Source: Candidatus Spongiisociaceae bacterium
GTDB lineage: Bacteria > Actinomycetota > Acidimicrobiia > Spongiisociales > Spongiisociaceae
Reading direction: 5' to 3'
DNA: 64,000 bases
Assembly (NCBI GenBank): GCA_965219685.1
Contig: CBDCOH010000002.1
Span: forward strand, 3,200,001 to 3,264,000
A program made the translations under genes and the position numbers. Shown piece by piece: positions 19,521 to 28,741 of this stretch (positions are counted from its first letter, which is position 1; the number at the start of each line of letters is the position of its first letter). The notes below the pieces were generated by a model. The model saw nothing but the letters and a program-made list of their open reading frames with translations. It was not told the origin of the DNA and did not search any database.

Positions 19521-20687
19521 TCATCCTGCCAGGATCTCCGCCAGACGGTCGGCGATGACCTTCTCCTGTCCCGCCTGCAGGGGGGAGACCCTGATATCCA
19601 GGTAGTCCCGGTCCGGGTCGACCCATTGGTAGTGGGGCCGGAGGATGATGCACGGCTCCCCGTCGTGCAGTTCCTTCACCACCTCCGCCAGTGTCTTTGA
19701 GGAGCGCGAGCGGTCGAACGTCACCCGCAGGGAGTCCGGTGGTTTCGGATCGGCGGTGACGGACCCGTCCTCGTAGGAGAAGCTCAGGAACGGGAACCCA
19801 TCGAGACGGGACCGCATGTTGTCCATGAGCCGCCGGTATCCGCGGAATCGCTGCTCGTGGTCCATCTCCAGCCAGATCTTCAGAGCCGCGTAGGCCGCAA
19901 CTATCTCGGGGCGCCCGACTTTCATGTGCCTTCCGAACGCCTGCGCGTCCGGGCCCTCGAAGGCCAGGTAGCTGTTCCTGCGGGCAGCCGCGATCCCGGC
20001 GGCCGTTCCAGTGAGGATGCCCGCCATCGAACCGGCGCCGAAGAACTTGCCGCTGTAGGTTGCGAAATCGGCGCCGGCGCGCACGTACTTGCTGAAGTTC
20101 TCAACTGGGTAGACCTGCTCGGCCGCGTCGACTATGACCGCCAAGTGATGGCGCTTGGCGATCTCGAGGACCCGGTCGAACGGAACCACGTTCGGCGCAC
20201 CGGGCGCATAGAAGAAGATCGCCTTCGTCCGCTCGCCGATGACGCTCTCGATGTCCGGCTCCGAGGTGGAACTCTCGTCACCGGCCAGCACGATCCGGCC
20301 GCCGGCTCCCTCGAGACACCGGTCGTAGAAGGTACGCCTGCCGGCCTGAACCACGAACTCGTTGCGGAGCCCCGTGGTGTCGGGGATCCTCGCCACCAGG
20401 TCCTTCCTTCCCTCCGTCATGCAGGCAGCCGTGGCCAGAACCGTCGCTGCCGCTGCTCCAGGCGTCACGAGGGCCGCTTCGATCCCGAGCATTCCTGCGA
20501 TTGCCCCGCCGGCCGCGTCCGAGAGGCTCTCCACTTCCATGAAGGACTCGTTGGCCGCCGACATGGCCTCGAGCACCGGCCCGCGGGGGAGGCTGCCACC
20601 CAGCCCTGTGAGGTCGTTGTGCGCATTGATCACCGGGCGAGCGCCCAGGTCCGAGAGAAGCTCGTGCCCGGTCCATCCACCGCTCAT
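19521..20687 (-). CDS. SelA-like PLP enzyme (DgaE / D-glucosaminate-6-phosphate ammonia-lyase-like)
   Basis: RPVINA..LT.LGGS, VIVDAAE, YSGKF, GRHMKVGRPEI. Confidence 0.8.
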   Translation of the reverse strand: MSGGWTGHELLSDLGARPVINAHNDLTGLGGSLPRGPVLEAMSAANESFMEVESLSDAAGGAIAGMLGIEAALVTPGAAAATVLATAACMTEGRKDLVARIPDTTGLRNEFVVQAGRRTFYDRCLEGAGGRIVLAGDESSTSEPDIESVIGERTKAIFFYAPGAPNVVPFDRVLEIAKRHHLAVIVDAAEQVYPVENFSKYVRAGADFATYSGKFFGAGSMAGILTGTAAGIAAARRNSYLAFEGPDAQAFGRHMKVGRPEIVAAYAALKIWLEMDHEQRFRGYRRLMDNMRSRLDGFPFLSFSYEDGSVTADPKPPDSLRVTFDRSRSSKTLAEVVKELHDGEPCIILRPHYQWVDPDRDYLDIRVSPLQAGQEKVIADRLAEILAG

Positions 20688-20732
20688 GGGGTGGAGATAC
20701 CCCCGGTAGTCGACACGATCCTCAAGCGCTGA

Positions 20733-21722
20733 TCACTCTGCGGTCCGGCTTGTGAGGATCCTCGCCAGCCGGTCGGCACCGATGCTCCCGCCGCTCACTA
20801 AGCAGGCGACGGGGCCATCCCTCCGGTCCCCGAGGGCCGCGGCCAGCGACATGGCGCCGGAACCCTCCACCACCAGCTTGTTCCCCAACGCCAAGCAGGC
20901 AATTGCCGCGCGAACATCGTCCTCGGAGACGAGAACGACCCGGTCCACCACCGAGCTCACCAGCGGGTACATCTCGTCGACCACCACCGGCACGGACGTG
21001 CCGTCACATATCGTCGCCCCGGCCTGTACCCAGGTCGGCCTTCCGCCGTCCAGAGCCGCTCCCAACGAGGGGCAGGCCTTGCTCTGCACTCCCACGACCT
21101 CGACGTCCGGCCGCAGTTCCTTCATGACACTGCCTATCGCCGCCACCAGCCCGCCGCCACCCACGGGTATGTAGACAGCGGCCAGTTCGGGAAGCTCGTC
21201 GAGTATCTCGATCCCGATGGTCCCGGATCCCGCCAGCATCGAGCGGTCACCCCAGGGGTTGAGGTAGCTGTACGGTTCCCGTTCCCATCCCCGGTCGAAG
21301 ACGTAGTCCATCAGCGCCGAGAACGGCACCGGCACCGGGGTGACGCCGTAGGAGCGGACACCGTCGACCTTCACCCTCGGCGCGCTGTCCGGCAGGAGGC
21401 TCCTGGCCGGGACCCCGAGGAGGCGGGCCACGTACCCCAGGGCCTGAGCCGTATTGCCGGCACTCTGCGTGCTCAACCCCCTCTCGAGTCCGGCGGCGGA
21501 CAGCGACCGGGCCCAGTTCAGCACCCCCCGGAGCTTGAACGATCCTGCGGGCTGGAGGCATTCCGCCTTGAGCCAGACGGGCGCCCCCGGCTCCGTGGCC
21601 CTGTACCTCAGGAGCGGCGTCCGCAGCGCCACCCCGGCTATACGACCGGCCGCCTCCTCCACGTCACCGATGGACGGCGGGGGAACGGGAGGACCGCCGG
21701 ATCCGGTTCTCATCTGCTTCAT
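20733..21722 (-). CDS. Threonine/serine dehydratase family PLP enzyme
   Basis: LKAECLQPAGSFKLRG, SAGN, VGGGGL, VSGGS. Confidence 0.88.
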   Translation of the reverse strand: MKQMRTGSGGPPVPPPSIGDVEEAAGRIAGVALRTPLLRYRATEPGAPVWLKAECLQPAGSFKLRGVLNWARSLSAAGLERGLSTQSAGNTAQALGYVARLLGVPARSLLPDSAPRVKVDGVRSYGVTPVPVPFSALMDYVFDRGWEREPYSYLNPWGDRSMLAGSGTIGIEILDELPELAAVYIPVGGGGLVAAIGSVMKELRPDVEVVGVQSKACPSLGAALDGGRPTWVQAGATICDGTSVPVVVDEMYPLVSSVVDRVVLVSEDDVRAAIACLALGNKLVVEGSGAMSLAAALGDRRDGPVACLVSGGSIGADRLARILTSRTAE

Positions 21723-21772
21723 AGGTTCACTCCCTGCATCGTCGCCGCGAGAGGTAGGAGCGTAGGGTATGC
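21703..21772. repeat. Imperfect ~70-bp direct repeat, copy A (partner 22949-23019)
   Basis: CCGGTTCTCATCTG..TCAT..GTTCACTCCCTGC.ATCGT.GCCG....GGAGCGTAGGGTATGC shared by both copies. Confidence 0.8.
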
Positions 21773-21896
21773 GGCTCGGAATCGACCAAACCCTGGTCGG
21801 CGCTCGACATCAGGCCCAGCAGTTACCGACGGTCTCGTGGGGATCGTCTTCGACGAAGGCGCGAGGGGGTTTGATCCCCTCCCGAGCCGATGCACC

Positions 21897-22617
21897 TCAT
21901 GACTCAGGATCATCGGTGCCTGGTTGTCGCGGGGCGGTGACTTCGTAGCCCATGTTCCGAAGCTGGTCGACCGCGGCTTCGGTATGTTGGCGGACCGTGG
22001 CCCGAGCCTGGTTCCGCTCCCAATCGACGAGGGACTCCTCTACGATCGTGTCTCATCCACTCCGCCAATCCAGAAATAGCTTCTCGCGATCCAGAAACCG
22101 CAGGAACTCCTCTACTCTCTACTGTCGGCCTGAATCGCCTCCCGCCCACGGGGAAGTGGATCTCGAACAGCCTCGGTGGAGGTAGGTCGGCGGTTCCATA
22201 TATCCACCCGAACTCCAGAGACTCGGCATGCAGATGCACATGGGCAGGCGGCTTGCTACGCGCGTCCCGGTCGTACTCGACACGAAACACCGGACGGGGC
22301 TTCCTACGTGGAACGGGTCGTACCCACAATCCATAGGTTGAATGCTGAACGGCAAGAAACTCCGATTCGTCATCCAGCGATACACGGAACTCGATCTTCA
22401 ACATCAGCCGACTCTGACCCGAGTCGCAAGCACGAGTAAGTGGGATCGGACTAAACCCAGAACCTTCGGGACTGAATGGCAGAGGTCCGATGTGTAGCTG
22501 CCGCACCTCGTTCGTCTCAACGACTCCGAACTCAGGCGCATCAGTGATACACCCTTGGATCAAGGTAGTCAGGTGGCTGGCAAACTCTTCGGATTTGGCT
22601 TGAAGACCCTCATTCAC
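21897..22617 (-). pseudogene. Frameshifted hypothetical protein, putative toxin
   Basis: A 7-bp tandem duplication (CTCTACT x2, 22110-22123) shifts the frame after RFRPTVE. The restored frame continues EFLRFLDREKLFLDWRSG*DTIVEE...RNMGYEV with an in-frame TGA at 22053-22055. Motif FRVEYD...PAHVHLHA. Confidence 0.7.
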
Positions 22618-22844
22618 GCTACGTTCGGAAGGTCCTCTTCGGTGAGGGTGCCACCCCAGATGAGCCACAGGTCCCGCAACGCCGGGTCGTCGAGACGGTC
22701 GGCCTTGCCGAGTTCGTAGAACACGCGCAGTCCGAGCCCGACATCGTTGGCGGCCCTTTCCAGCATCCTGACAACCTCTTCCCGAGGGACGGTGATGGTC
22801 ACGCTGTATTCCTCCTTAGCTACATCCCAGTCTACTTTCCGCAT
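22614..22844 (-). CDS. Small hypothetical protein (76 aa), putative antitoxin
   Basis: MRKVDWDVAKEE...RDLWLIWG; its stop overlaps the GTG of the downstream pseudogene. Confidence 0.6.
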   Translation of the reverse strand: MRKVDWDVAKEEYSVTITVPREEVVRMLERAANDVGLGLRVFYELGKADRLDDPALRDLWLIWGGTLTEEDLPNVA

Positions 22845-22948
22845 GAGACAAGTTCTCGGGATCTCTTCGTCACTCCTTGCGTTCGACTCTGCAAGCGGCG
22901 TGTGACTTGCGCCGATCACCGGGCGACACCAAGCCAGCCCCCCAGGAG

Positions 22949-23019
22949 CCGGTTCTCATCTGGGTCATTCGTTCACTCCCTGCCATCGTTGCCGTCAAGG
23001 ATCGGAGCGTAGGGTATGC
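22949..23019. repeat. Imperfect ~70-bp direct repeat, copy B
   Basis: Contains the ABC ATPase 3' end and a dead copy of the dehydratase start (ATG ACC CAG ATG AGA ACC GGC vs ATG AAG CAG ATG AGA ACC GGA). Confidence 0.8.
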
Positions 23020-23788
23020 ACATCGGTGACCCTGTCCTGGGGTCGGTCACCACCGACGCCTCGACCCCGAAGCAGTCCCTCAGCAGTGCAGGCGTCAACA
23101 CCTCGTCGGGAGCGCCGTCGGCCACCAGCTCGCCGCCGGACATTGCGATCATGCGATCAGAGAACCTGGCCGCATGATTCAGGTCGTGGAGCACCATGAC
23201 GATGGTCACTCCCCGGTCTCTGTTCAGGCTTGACACCAACTGCAGCAGGTCCAGCTGGTGCCCGACGTCGAGGAAGGTGGTGGGCTCGTCCAGGAGGAGG
23301 ACCTCGGTCCGCTGGGCGAGGGTGAGCGCCATCCAGGCGCGCTGACGCTCACCCCCCGACAGCGTGTCGATGGGACGGTGGACGAAGTCCTCGAGGCGCG
23401 TCATCCGGATGGCGTCCTCGATTGCCGCATCGTCCTGGCGGCGGAGCATCCCGAGCGTGCCGACATGGGGAAACCGGCCTTGCTCGACCAACTCCAGGAC
23501 GGTGAGTTCGGCCGGGACCTCGTGCACCTGCGGGAGGATCGCCATCTGGCGAGCCACGTGGCGGGTCGGTAGCCCGTTTATGTCCCGGCCGTTGAGGTAC
23601 ACGGCACCTGCCAATGGCGCGATCAGACGTGCCAGCGTCTTGAGGGTGGTGCTCTTCCCCGATCCGTTGGGACCCACCAGAGCCGTTCTGCTCCCCCTCT
23701 CGACACTGAGACCGAGGCGCTCGGACACCACGTGCCCTCCGTATCCGGTGGACATCGCGTCGGTTAGCAGGACGGGTCCTCTGACCAT
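22973..23788 (-). CDS. Iron-chelate/cobalamin ABC transporter ATP-binding protein (FecE/FepC-like)
   Basis: GPNGSGKS, LSGGERQR, LLDEPT, LHDLN; ATG after GGAGGAG. Confidence 0.93.
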   Translation of the reverse strand: MVRGPVLLTDAMSTGYGGHVVSERLGLSVERGSRTALVGPNGSGKSTTLKTLARLIAPLAGAVYLNGRDINGLPTRHVARQMAILPQVHEVPAELTVLELVEQGRFPHVGTLGMLRRQDDAAIEDAIRMTRLEDFVHRPIDTLSGGERQRAWMALTLAQRTEVLLLDEPTTFLDVGHQLDLLQLVSSLNRDRGVTIVMVLHDLNHAARFSDRMIAMSGGELVADGAPDEVLTPALLRDCFGVEASVVTDPRTGSPMCIPYAPILDGNDGRE

Positions 23789-23802
23789 TGACTCCTCCCC
23801 GG

Positions 23803-24891
23803 TCATGGCATGCGTTCGCGCATGAGATAGAGAAAGAATGGCGCTCCCAGCAGGGCGGTGAAGGCTCCAACCGGTACGCGGCTGCCGCTCTCGGTCCTGA
23901 TGTCGACGAAGGGAATCCAGTCGAGCGAGAACACGCGCGCCATAAGGTCTGCGCCGACCAGGATGACCGCCCCGACCAGAGCCGAACATGTCAGAAGCCT
24001 CCGGAGGTCCGAGCCCACCAGGCTCCGCGCCAGATGCGGGCCGATGAGACCCAGGAAGGCGACACCGCCCACGACGGACACCGATCCGGCCGCCAGCACG
24101 ACGGCGGTCGCGAGGATGAAGACACGGGCCATTTCGCGCCGCAGTCCGAGGCTCACCGACGTGCTGTCTCCCAGCTGCAGTGCATTGGCCAAAGGGATGG
24201 CCACCACCACGAGCGGAAGCGCCAGGACCGCGACCGGCACCAGAAAGACCAGGTGGTCCCACGTCCTGGTGCTCAGCGATCCGACCAGCCATCTGACGAT
24301 CGAATCGATGTGGCTACCCGAGATCAGCACCATGAACGACGTGACCGACGAGATCGCGGCGGCGGCGACCACCCCGGTCAGGATCAGCCGGATCGGGTCG
24401 GTGCCGTCGCGCCGGTAGCTGAGCACGTAGACGATGGCTCCGGCCACTAGACCACCCGCGATCGCCGCCAGAGGCACCAGGGCGTTCAGATCGTTGAGCG
24501 CCCCTTCCGACCCGAAGGTGATCACCAGCGCCAGGACCGCTCCCAGAACGGCGCCCTGAGTCACCCCGACTGTTGCGGGCGCGGCCAGGGGATTCCGGAG
24601 AACCGACTGGAAGAGCGCCCCGGACGAGGACAGCATCGACCCGGCCAGAGCGGCGATCAGGACGCGGGGCAGTCGCACCTCCCACACCGAGATACGGTGG
24701 TGGACCTCCTCGGCTTGGTCGATCAGCGCCTTGAGGACGAGGTCGGGACCGAAGATGACCGGGCCAAGCATCACGTACGCGAACATCGAGGCCAGGAGCA
24801 CGGTCCCCAGCGTCAGCAGTACCCGGAGGGACCGGGCCTCGGGCGTGGCGACAGCCTCCCCGCGCCGGCCGACCGCAGCGGTGGCGGTCAC
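23803..24891 (-). CDS. FecCD family ABC permease
   Basis: VRLPR, RNPLA, LQLGD, FLGLIGPH, LLGAPFF. Confidence 0.9.
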   Translation of the reverse strand: MTATAAVGRRGEAVATPEARSLRVLLTLGTVLLASMFAYVMLGPVIFGPDLVLKALIDQAEEVHHRISVWEVRLPRVLIAALAGSMLSSSGALFQSVLRNPLAAPATVGVTQGAVLGAVLALVITFGSEGALNDLNALVPLAAIAGGLVAGAIVYVLSYRRDGTDPIRLILTGVVAAAAISSVTSFMVLISGSHIDSIVRWLVGSLSTRTWDHLVFLVPVAVLALPLVVVAIPLANALQLGDSTSVSLGLRREMARVFILATAVVLAAGSVSVVGGVAFLGLIGPHLARSLVGSDLRRLLTCSALVGAVILVGADLMARVFSLDWIPFVDIRTESGSRVPVGAFTALLGAPFFLYLMRERMP

Positions 24892-25874
24892 GGGATGGCC
24901 CTTCTCTGCAGCAGCCCTCTTTGCATGAGCACCAGCAATGCCGGAGCACCGAGCACAGCCGTCCACAGACCGACCGCAATCTCGTGGGGATGAAGGGCGA
25001 GCCGCGCAGCCATGTCGGCGCTCAATACGAGAATCGCGCCCACCGCGGCAGAGACCGGAAGGACGATCCGTGCGTCCGAAGTCCGCAGCAACCTGCGGAC
25101 GATGTGGGGCGAGACGAGTGCCACGAATCCGATCGGGCCGGCGATGGCGATCACCGGCGCCACCAGCACAACCGACGCGCCGAAGAGCAGTGCCCTGGTG
25201 CGCCGGACGGCGACCCCGAGACCCTCGGCCATCTCGTCGCCCAACCTCAGAATGTTCAGGGGCCTCCCGGCCAGGAGAAATATCACGGGGAGGGCAACCG
25301 TCCACGGAGCCACCAGGCGCACCTCCTCCCATTGAACGTCGGAGAGGCTCCCGACCAGGAAACGGTAGATGATCGAAACGCCTCCGAAGTTGGGGGCGAG
25401 CGTGATAACCGCTATCACCAGCGCGTTCAGCAAGGCGGCGAATGCCGCTCCCACCAGCAGCATGCGCATCGGGTTGCTCTTGAGACTCACCAGCGACAGG
25501 ATCACCGTTCCCGTAACCAGGCCGGCCAGCAGAGCGGCTACAGGCAGCGCGATACCCGGAAACGGGAGCCGGAAGGCGACGATGGTGGCGACTGCCAGGG
25601 AGGCTCCTGCGGACACCCCGATCAGCTCCGGTCCGGCAAGAGGGTTCCGCAGCGTATCCTGCATCACCGCGCCCGAGACGCCGAGCATCCCACCAGCGAC
25701 CACTCCGCCTATCACTCTCGGAAGCCGGAGGTTCTGCACGATGAACCGCTGGTTTCCCTCCGGCATCGCCGAGCCGAAGAGGGCTTCCAATACTTGCCGG
25801 ACCGACAGGTCGGGCGTTCCCCGCATGAGCGACGCCACAGCCACCACTGCACAAAGGCAGGCGATGATGGCCAC
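24888..25874 (-). CDS. FecCD family ABC permease
   Basis: LRLPR, RNPLAGP, LRLGDEMAEGLG, FVALVSPH; start approximate. Confidence 0.9.
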   Translation of the reverse strand: MAIIACLCAVVAVASLMRGTPDLSVRQVLEALFGSAMPEGNQRFIVQNLRLPRVIGGVVAGGMLGVSGAVMQDTLRNPLAGPELIGVSAGASLAVATIVAFRLPFPGIALPVAALLAGLVTGTVILSLVSLKSNPMRMLLVGAAFAALLNALVIAVITLAPNFGGVSIIYRFLVGSLSDVQWEEVRLVAPWTVALPVIFLLAGRPLNILRLGDEMAEGLGVAVRRTRALLFGASVVLVAPVIAIAGPIGFVALVSPHIVRRLLRTSDARIVLPVSAAVGAILVLSADMAARLALHPHEIAVGLWTAVLGAPALLVLMQRGLLQRRAIP

Positions 25875-25989
25875 GACGATGGTCGCCCGCGCCCACCGGC
25901 TCCGGCGCAGCGGGTGGCTCCTCAGGTAGAGGAGGGTCGGGAGCCGAGGCGACCCTCCTCTACAGGCCTCACCCGTGGCCTAGTCCCAC

Positions 25990-27240
25990 CTAGCCGGCAG
26001 GCTTCCACACCGACAGATCCCCCGGATGGTCGTAGATGGCGGGCCAGCCGGCATTCAGGTAGCACTGGTAGGCCCACTGGAGCATCAGCAGACCGTGACC
26101 GAAGGAACCGGCCGAGTCCTCCTCGCATACCCTGGCTTCGCGATGGGCGGTGGTCTGGAGCCAGACCTCCTGGGTAACGGTGTCGTAGCGAGCACTTCCG
26201 GGCCAGGTGATCATCACCCATACCTCGGGATCGGTCTCGACTATGAACTCCCAGGAGAACTCACTGTCCGGGGATCCGTACTCGGACTCGCCCTGGTCCG
26301 GGAAGGCACACGTTCCGGCCCCCTCGGAGTGGAGGAACTCACAGAAGGAGGACGAGTCCCAGATCATCCAGTTGGTGTCCCCGAATCCGACCGCCACCCT
26401 GGTGTCCACCGCACCAGCCGGAAGATCCGCCGACAGGGCCGCGACGTTGGAGTCGAACCTGGCGATGGCTGCTGCAGCCTCTTCCTCCCGGCCCGTCAGG
26501 ACGCCGACGTCGATCCATCCTTCCTTGAGGGTCTCGACACCGCCGATGTCGACCAGGTACACCGGGGCTACGACCTCGAGCGCATCCCGAACCTCTTCCT
26601 CGCCGACCCTCCCGATGATCAGGTCCGGTTCGAACTGGGCGACTTCCTCCACCGACATACGATCGCCTAGTACGGGGATCTCAGCAGCTCCGTCGCCGTA
26701 GTAGGCGGCCGCGCTGCCCCACCCATCCCCTCGATGCTGGGCGATAGGCACTATTCCCAGGTCGGAGGTGAGGTCGGTGCAGTTGTCCTGAACGCACAGG
26801 ACCCGCTCGGCAGGACTGTCAAGGGTGATCTCTCGCCCGCTCCCGTCCGTGACCGTCAGGGTCATGGGCTCGTCTTCGTGCTCATCCTCGTGCTCGTCGT
26901 GGTCGTCTTCGTGCTCGTCGTCTTCGTGCTCGTCGTCTTCGTGCTCGTCGTCTTCGTGCTCGTGCTCGTGGTCGTCTTCGTCTTCGTGCTCGTCGTCCTC
27001 GTGCTCGTCGTCTTCGTGCTCGTGCTCGTGGTCGTCTTCGTGCTCGTCGGTTGCCGGAGGCGCGGAGGTGGTGGTTGTGACCGAGGTGGTGGTTGTGGTC
27101 TCGGCCCTAACGGTGGTGGCCGTGGTGTCGCTCGTGTCCTCGCCACCGCATGCGGTCGCTACCAGAAGCAAAGCCAAGAGCGCACCGCAGAGCCGGACGC
27201 TCCGGCGGGATAGGGACTCGAAGACTCTCAGACTGACCAT
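25990..27240 (-). CDS. Metal-chelate ABC substrate-binding lipoprotein with His/acidic repeat
   Basis: Lipobox VATAC, Thr-rich linker, HEDDE repeats, then VTDGSGREITLDSPAERV and FEPDLII (FepB/BtuF-like fold). Confidence 0.88.
   Translation of the reverse strand: MVSLRVFESLSRRSVRLCGALLALLLVATACGGEDTSDTTATTVRAETTTTTSVTTTTSAPPATDEHEDDHEHEHEDDEHEDDEHEDEDDHEHEHEDDEHEDDEHEDDEHEDDHDEHEDEHEDEPMTLTVTDGSGREITLDSPAERVLCVQDNCTDLTSDLGIVPIAQHRGDGWGSAAAYYGDGAAEIPVLGDRMSVEEVAQFEPDLIIGRVGEEEVRDALEVVAPVYLVDIGGVETLKEGWIDVGVLTGREEEAAAAIARFDSNVAALSADLPAGAVDTRVAVGFGDTNWMIWDSSSFCEFLHSEGAGTCAFPDQGESEYGSPDSEFSWEFIVETDPEVWVMITWPGSARYDTVTQEVWLQTTAHREARVCEEDSAGSFGHGLLMLQWAYQCYLNAGWPAIYDHPGDLSVWKPAG
26869..27048 (-). 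repeat. Coding tandem repeat encoding (HEDDE/HEHE)n
   Basis: Recurrent GAGCACGAAGACGAC units on the coding strand. Confidence 0.9.
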
Positions 27241-27280
27241 GGCGTAGCTACTCCCCTCGGGCTGGCGATGCGAATAGCAA

Positions 27281-27295
27281 TGATAATGGTTCTCA
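27281..27295. promoter_or_regulatory. Fur-family (Fur/Zur) box
   Basis: TGATAAT-G-GTTCTCA versus the 7-1-7 consensus TGATAAT-N-ATTATCA (2 mismatches), 40 bp upstream of the binding-protein start. Confidence 0.7.
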
Positions 27296-27329
27296 CCCTT
27301 AAGTCAAGAGCGCTTCCCGTAGTCGATTA

Positions 27330-27825
27330 TCATCAGAGAGGCATCCACAACCTCGCCCCGGCCGGCGCCACGTACCGTCTGCCAAACGCCGACGATTGCG
27401 AAGTCGGACTTGGTGCCGTCGGGCGTGGCGGTGAACACGGTTTCGGTCCAAGAGATCAACTCGCCGTATGCCGTTGCCGCGACCGAGCACTCGCGCTCGG
27501 ACTCGAGTTGGCCGGTCAGGGCAACCTACATATGAGCGGAAGGTTTGTCGCGCCCTCGTACACCTGACCCGCGATAACCGTCGACGGCCTTGCCCTCATG
27601 ACCGAAGCACTCCAACCGGTGAAACGGCTCGCAGTCGCCTGATGAGCGCCCGGCGGCCCCTCGACAGGCCACACGAGTAGGTGGCCATCGAAAAGGATGG
27701 CCGGCTTGAAGCGTTGTCGGGATCCAGCCCGTTCTCAGGATTCGCGATGGCCTCCCACGCGATGTCGATGGGGTCGTCGACGTTCCCGATAACTTCGAAC
27801 CGACCCCGATCGATGCCCAACAGGG
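27330..27825 (-). pseudogene. Highly decayed VapBC-like toxin-antitoxin remnant
   Basis: Antitoxin-like tail RGRFEVIGNVDDPIDIAWEA, then PIN-like fragments ILFDGHLLVW and (frameshifted) DR..TAT/ARRHQVRL. Confidence 0.45.
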
Positions 27826-27835
27826 TCGTCGGGTC

Positions 27836-28693
27836 TCATCGGGTCCGCCGAACCGTCTCACGCAGCCAGGTAATGCTCTCCCTGACCATGTGGTCTTCTT
27901 CGCTTCCGGGAGGGAGGGTGGCCAGCTCGACGCAGGTGAGGCCGTCGAAGCCGGCTGAGCGGAGTTCGGCCACGACACCCTCCAGGTCAAGGTCCCCTTG
28001 GCCGAGGGAGGTGGAGGGCCACCAGCCGCCGGGGTTGGCGAAGTCGGCGGCCGAGAGGTCCAGGTCCTTGACATGGACCATGTCGGTGAGGGGTGCCAGG
28101 AGGCGGGTGGCTCCCGTGAGGTCGCTGCCCACCCGGACGACGTTGGCGGTGTCGAGCACCACCCCCAGGTTGGGGGCGTCCACCCGGCCGATCAGCTCGG
28201 CGAGTGCGGCGACGGGAAGGGCCGTGTGGGTCTCGATCGCCAGCCGGACTCCCTGCTCGGCAGCGTGATGGCAGGCTTCGGTCACCCGGGGGACGAGCCG
28301 TTCGACCGACGCATCGGCGGGTTCCATGCCCCAATGGGTGTATGTACCCACCACCAAGCGCACCAGGCCCATGACCATGCCGGCGGCGATGTCAACGACC
28401 CGGAGCAGTTCCTCGAGGCGTTCCTGGGAGGTGCCCATCTCCAGCCCTCCGGGATGGCCCCAGGCCAGAACGGCTTCGAGACCGGTCTCGTCCAGGGTCA
28501 CCGCAAGCCGTTCCCGGAACTGAGCGTCTTCGAGATCCATGTAACAGGTCTCAAGACTTACCCCGTCGACCTCCAATTCGGCAGCCCGGTCCAGGAAGTC
28601 CCAGGTTGTCCAGCGGGTTCCCGGATCCTCCTCGCCCTCCCGTATCTCGCCGAAGAAACGGTGGTACGAGTAGGTGTCGATCCCGACCCGCAT
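27836..28693 (-). CDS. Sugar phosphate isomerase/epimerase (xylose isomerase-like TIM barrel)
   Basis: LAIETH, LDTAN, VHVKD, LGQGDLD, CVE. Confidence 0.9.
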   Translation of the reverse strand: MRVGIDTYSYHRFFGEIREGEEDPGTRWTTWDFLDRAAELEVDGVSLETCYMDLEDAQFRERLAVTLDETGLEAVLAWGHPGGLEMGTSQERLEELLRVVDIAAGMVMGLVRLVVGTYTHWGMEPADASVERLVPRVTEACHHAAEQGVRLAIETHTALPVAALAELIGRVDAPNLGVVLDTANVVRVGSDLTGATRLLAPLTDMVHVKDLDLSAADFANPGGWWPSTSLGQGDLDLEGVVAELRSAGFDGLTCVELATLPPGSEEDHMVRESITWLRETVRRTR

Positions 28694-28741
28694 ACGCCTG
28701 CCCGTCTGTCTGTGAAGCGGCCCTGTCTTGTCGACAGACCT

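Noticed and set aside
19521-22055. Selenocysteine system (SelA-like gene plus in-frame TGA at 22053)
   Set aside because: No selB, selC or selD nearby; the TGA lies in an already frameshifted gene and is more simply a TGG-to-TGA mutation.
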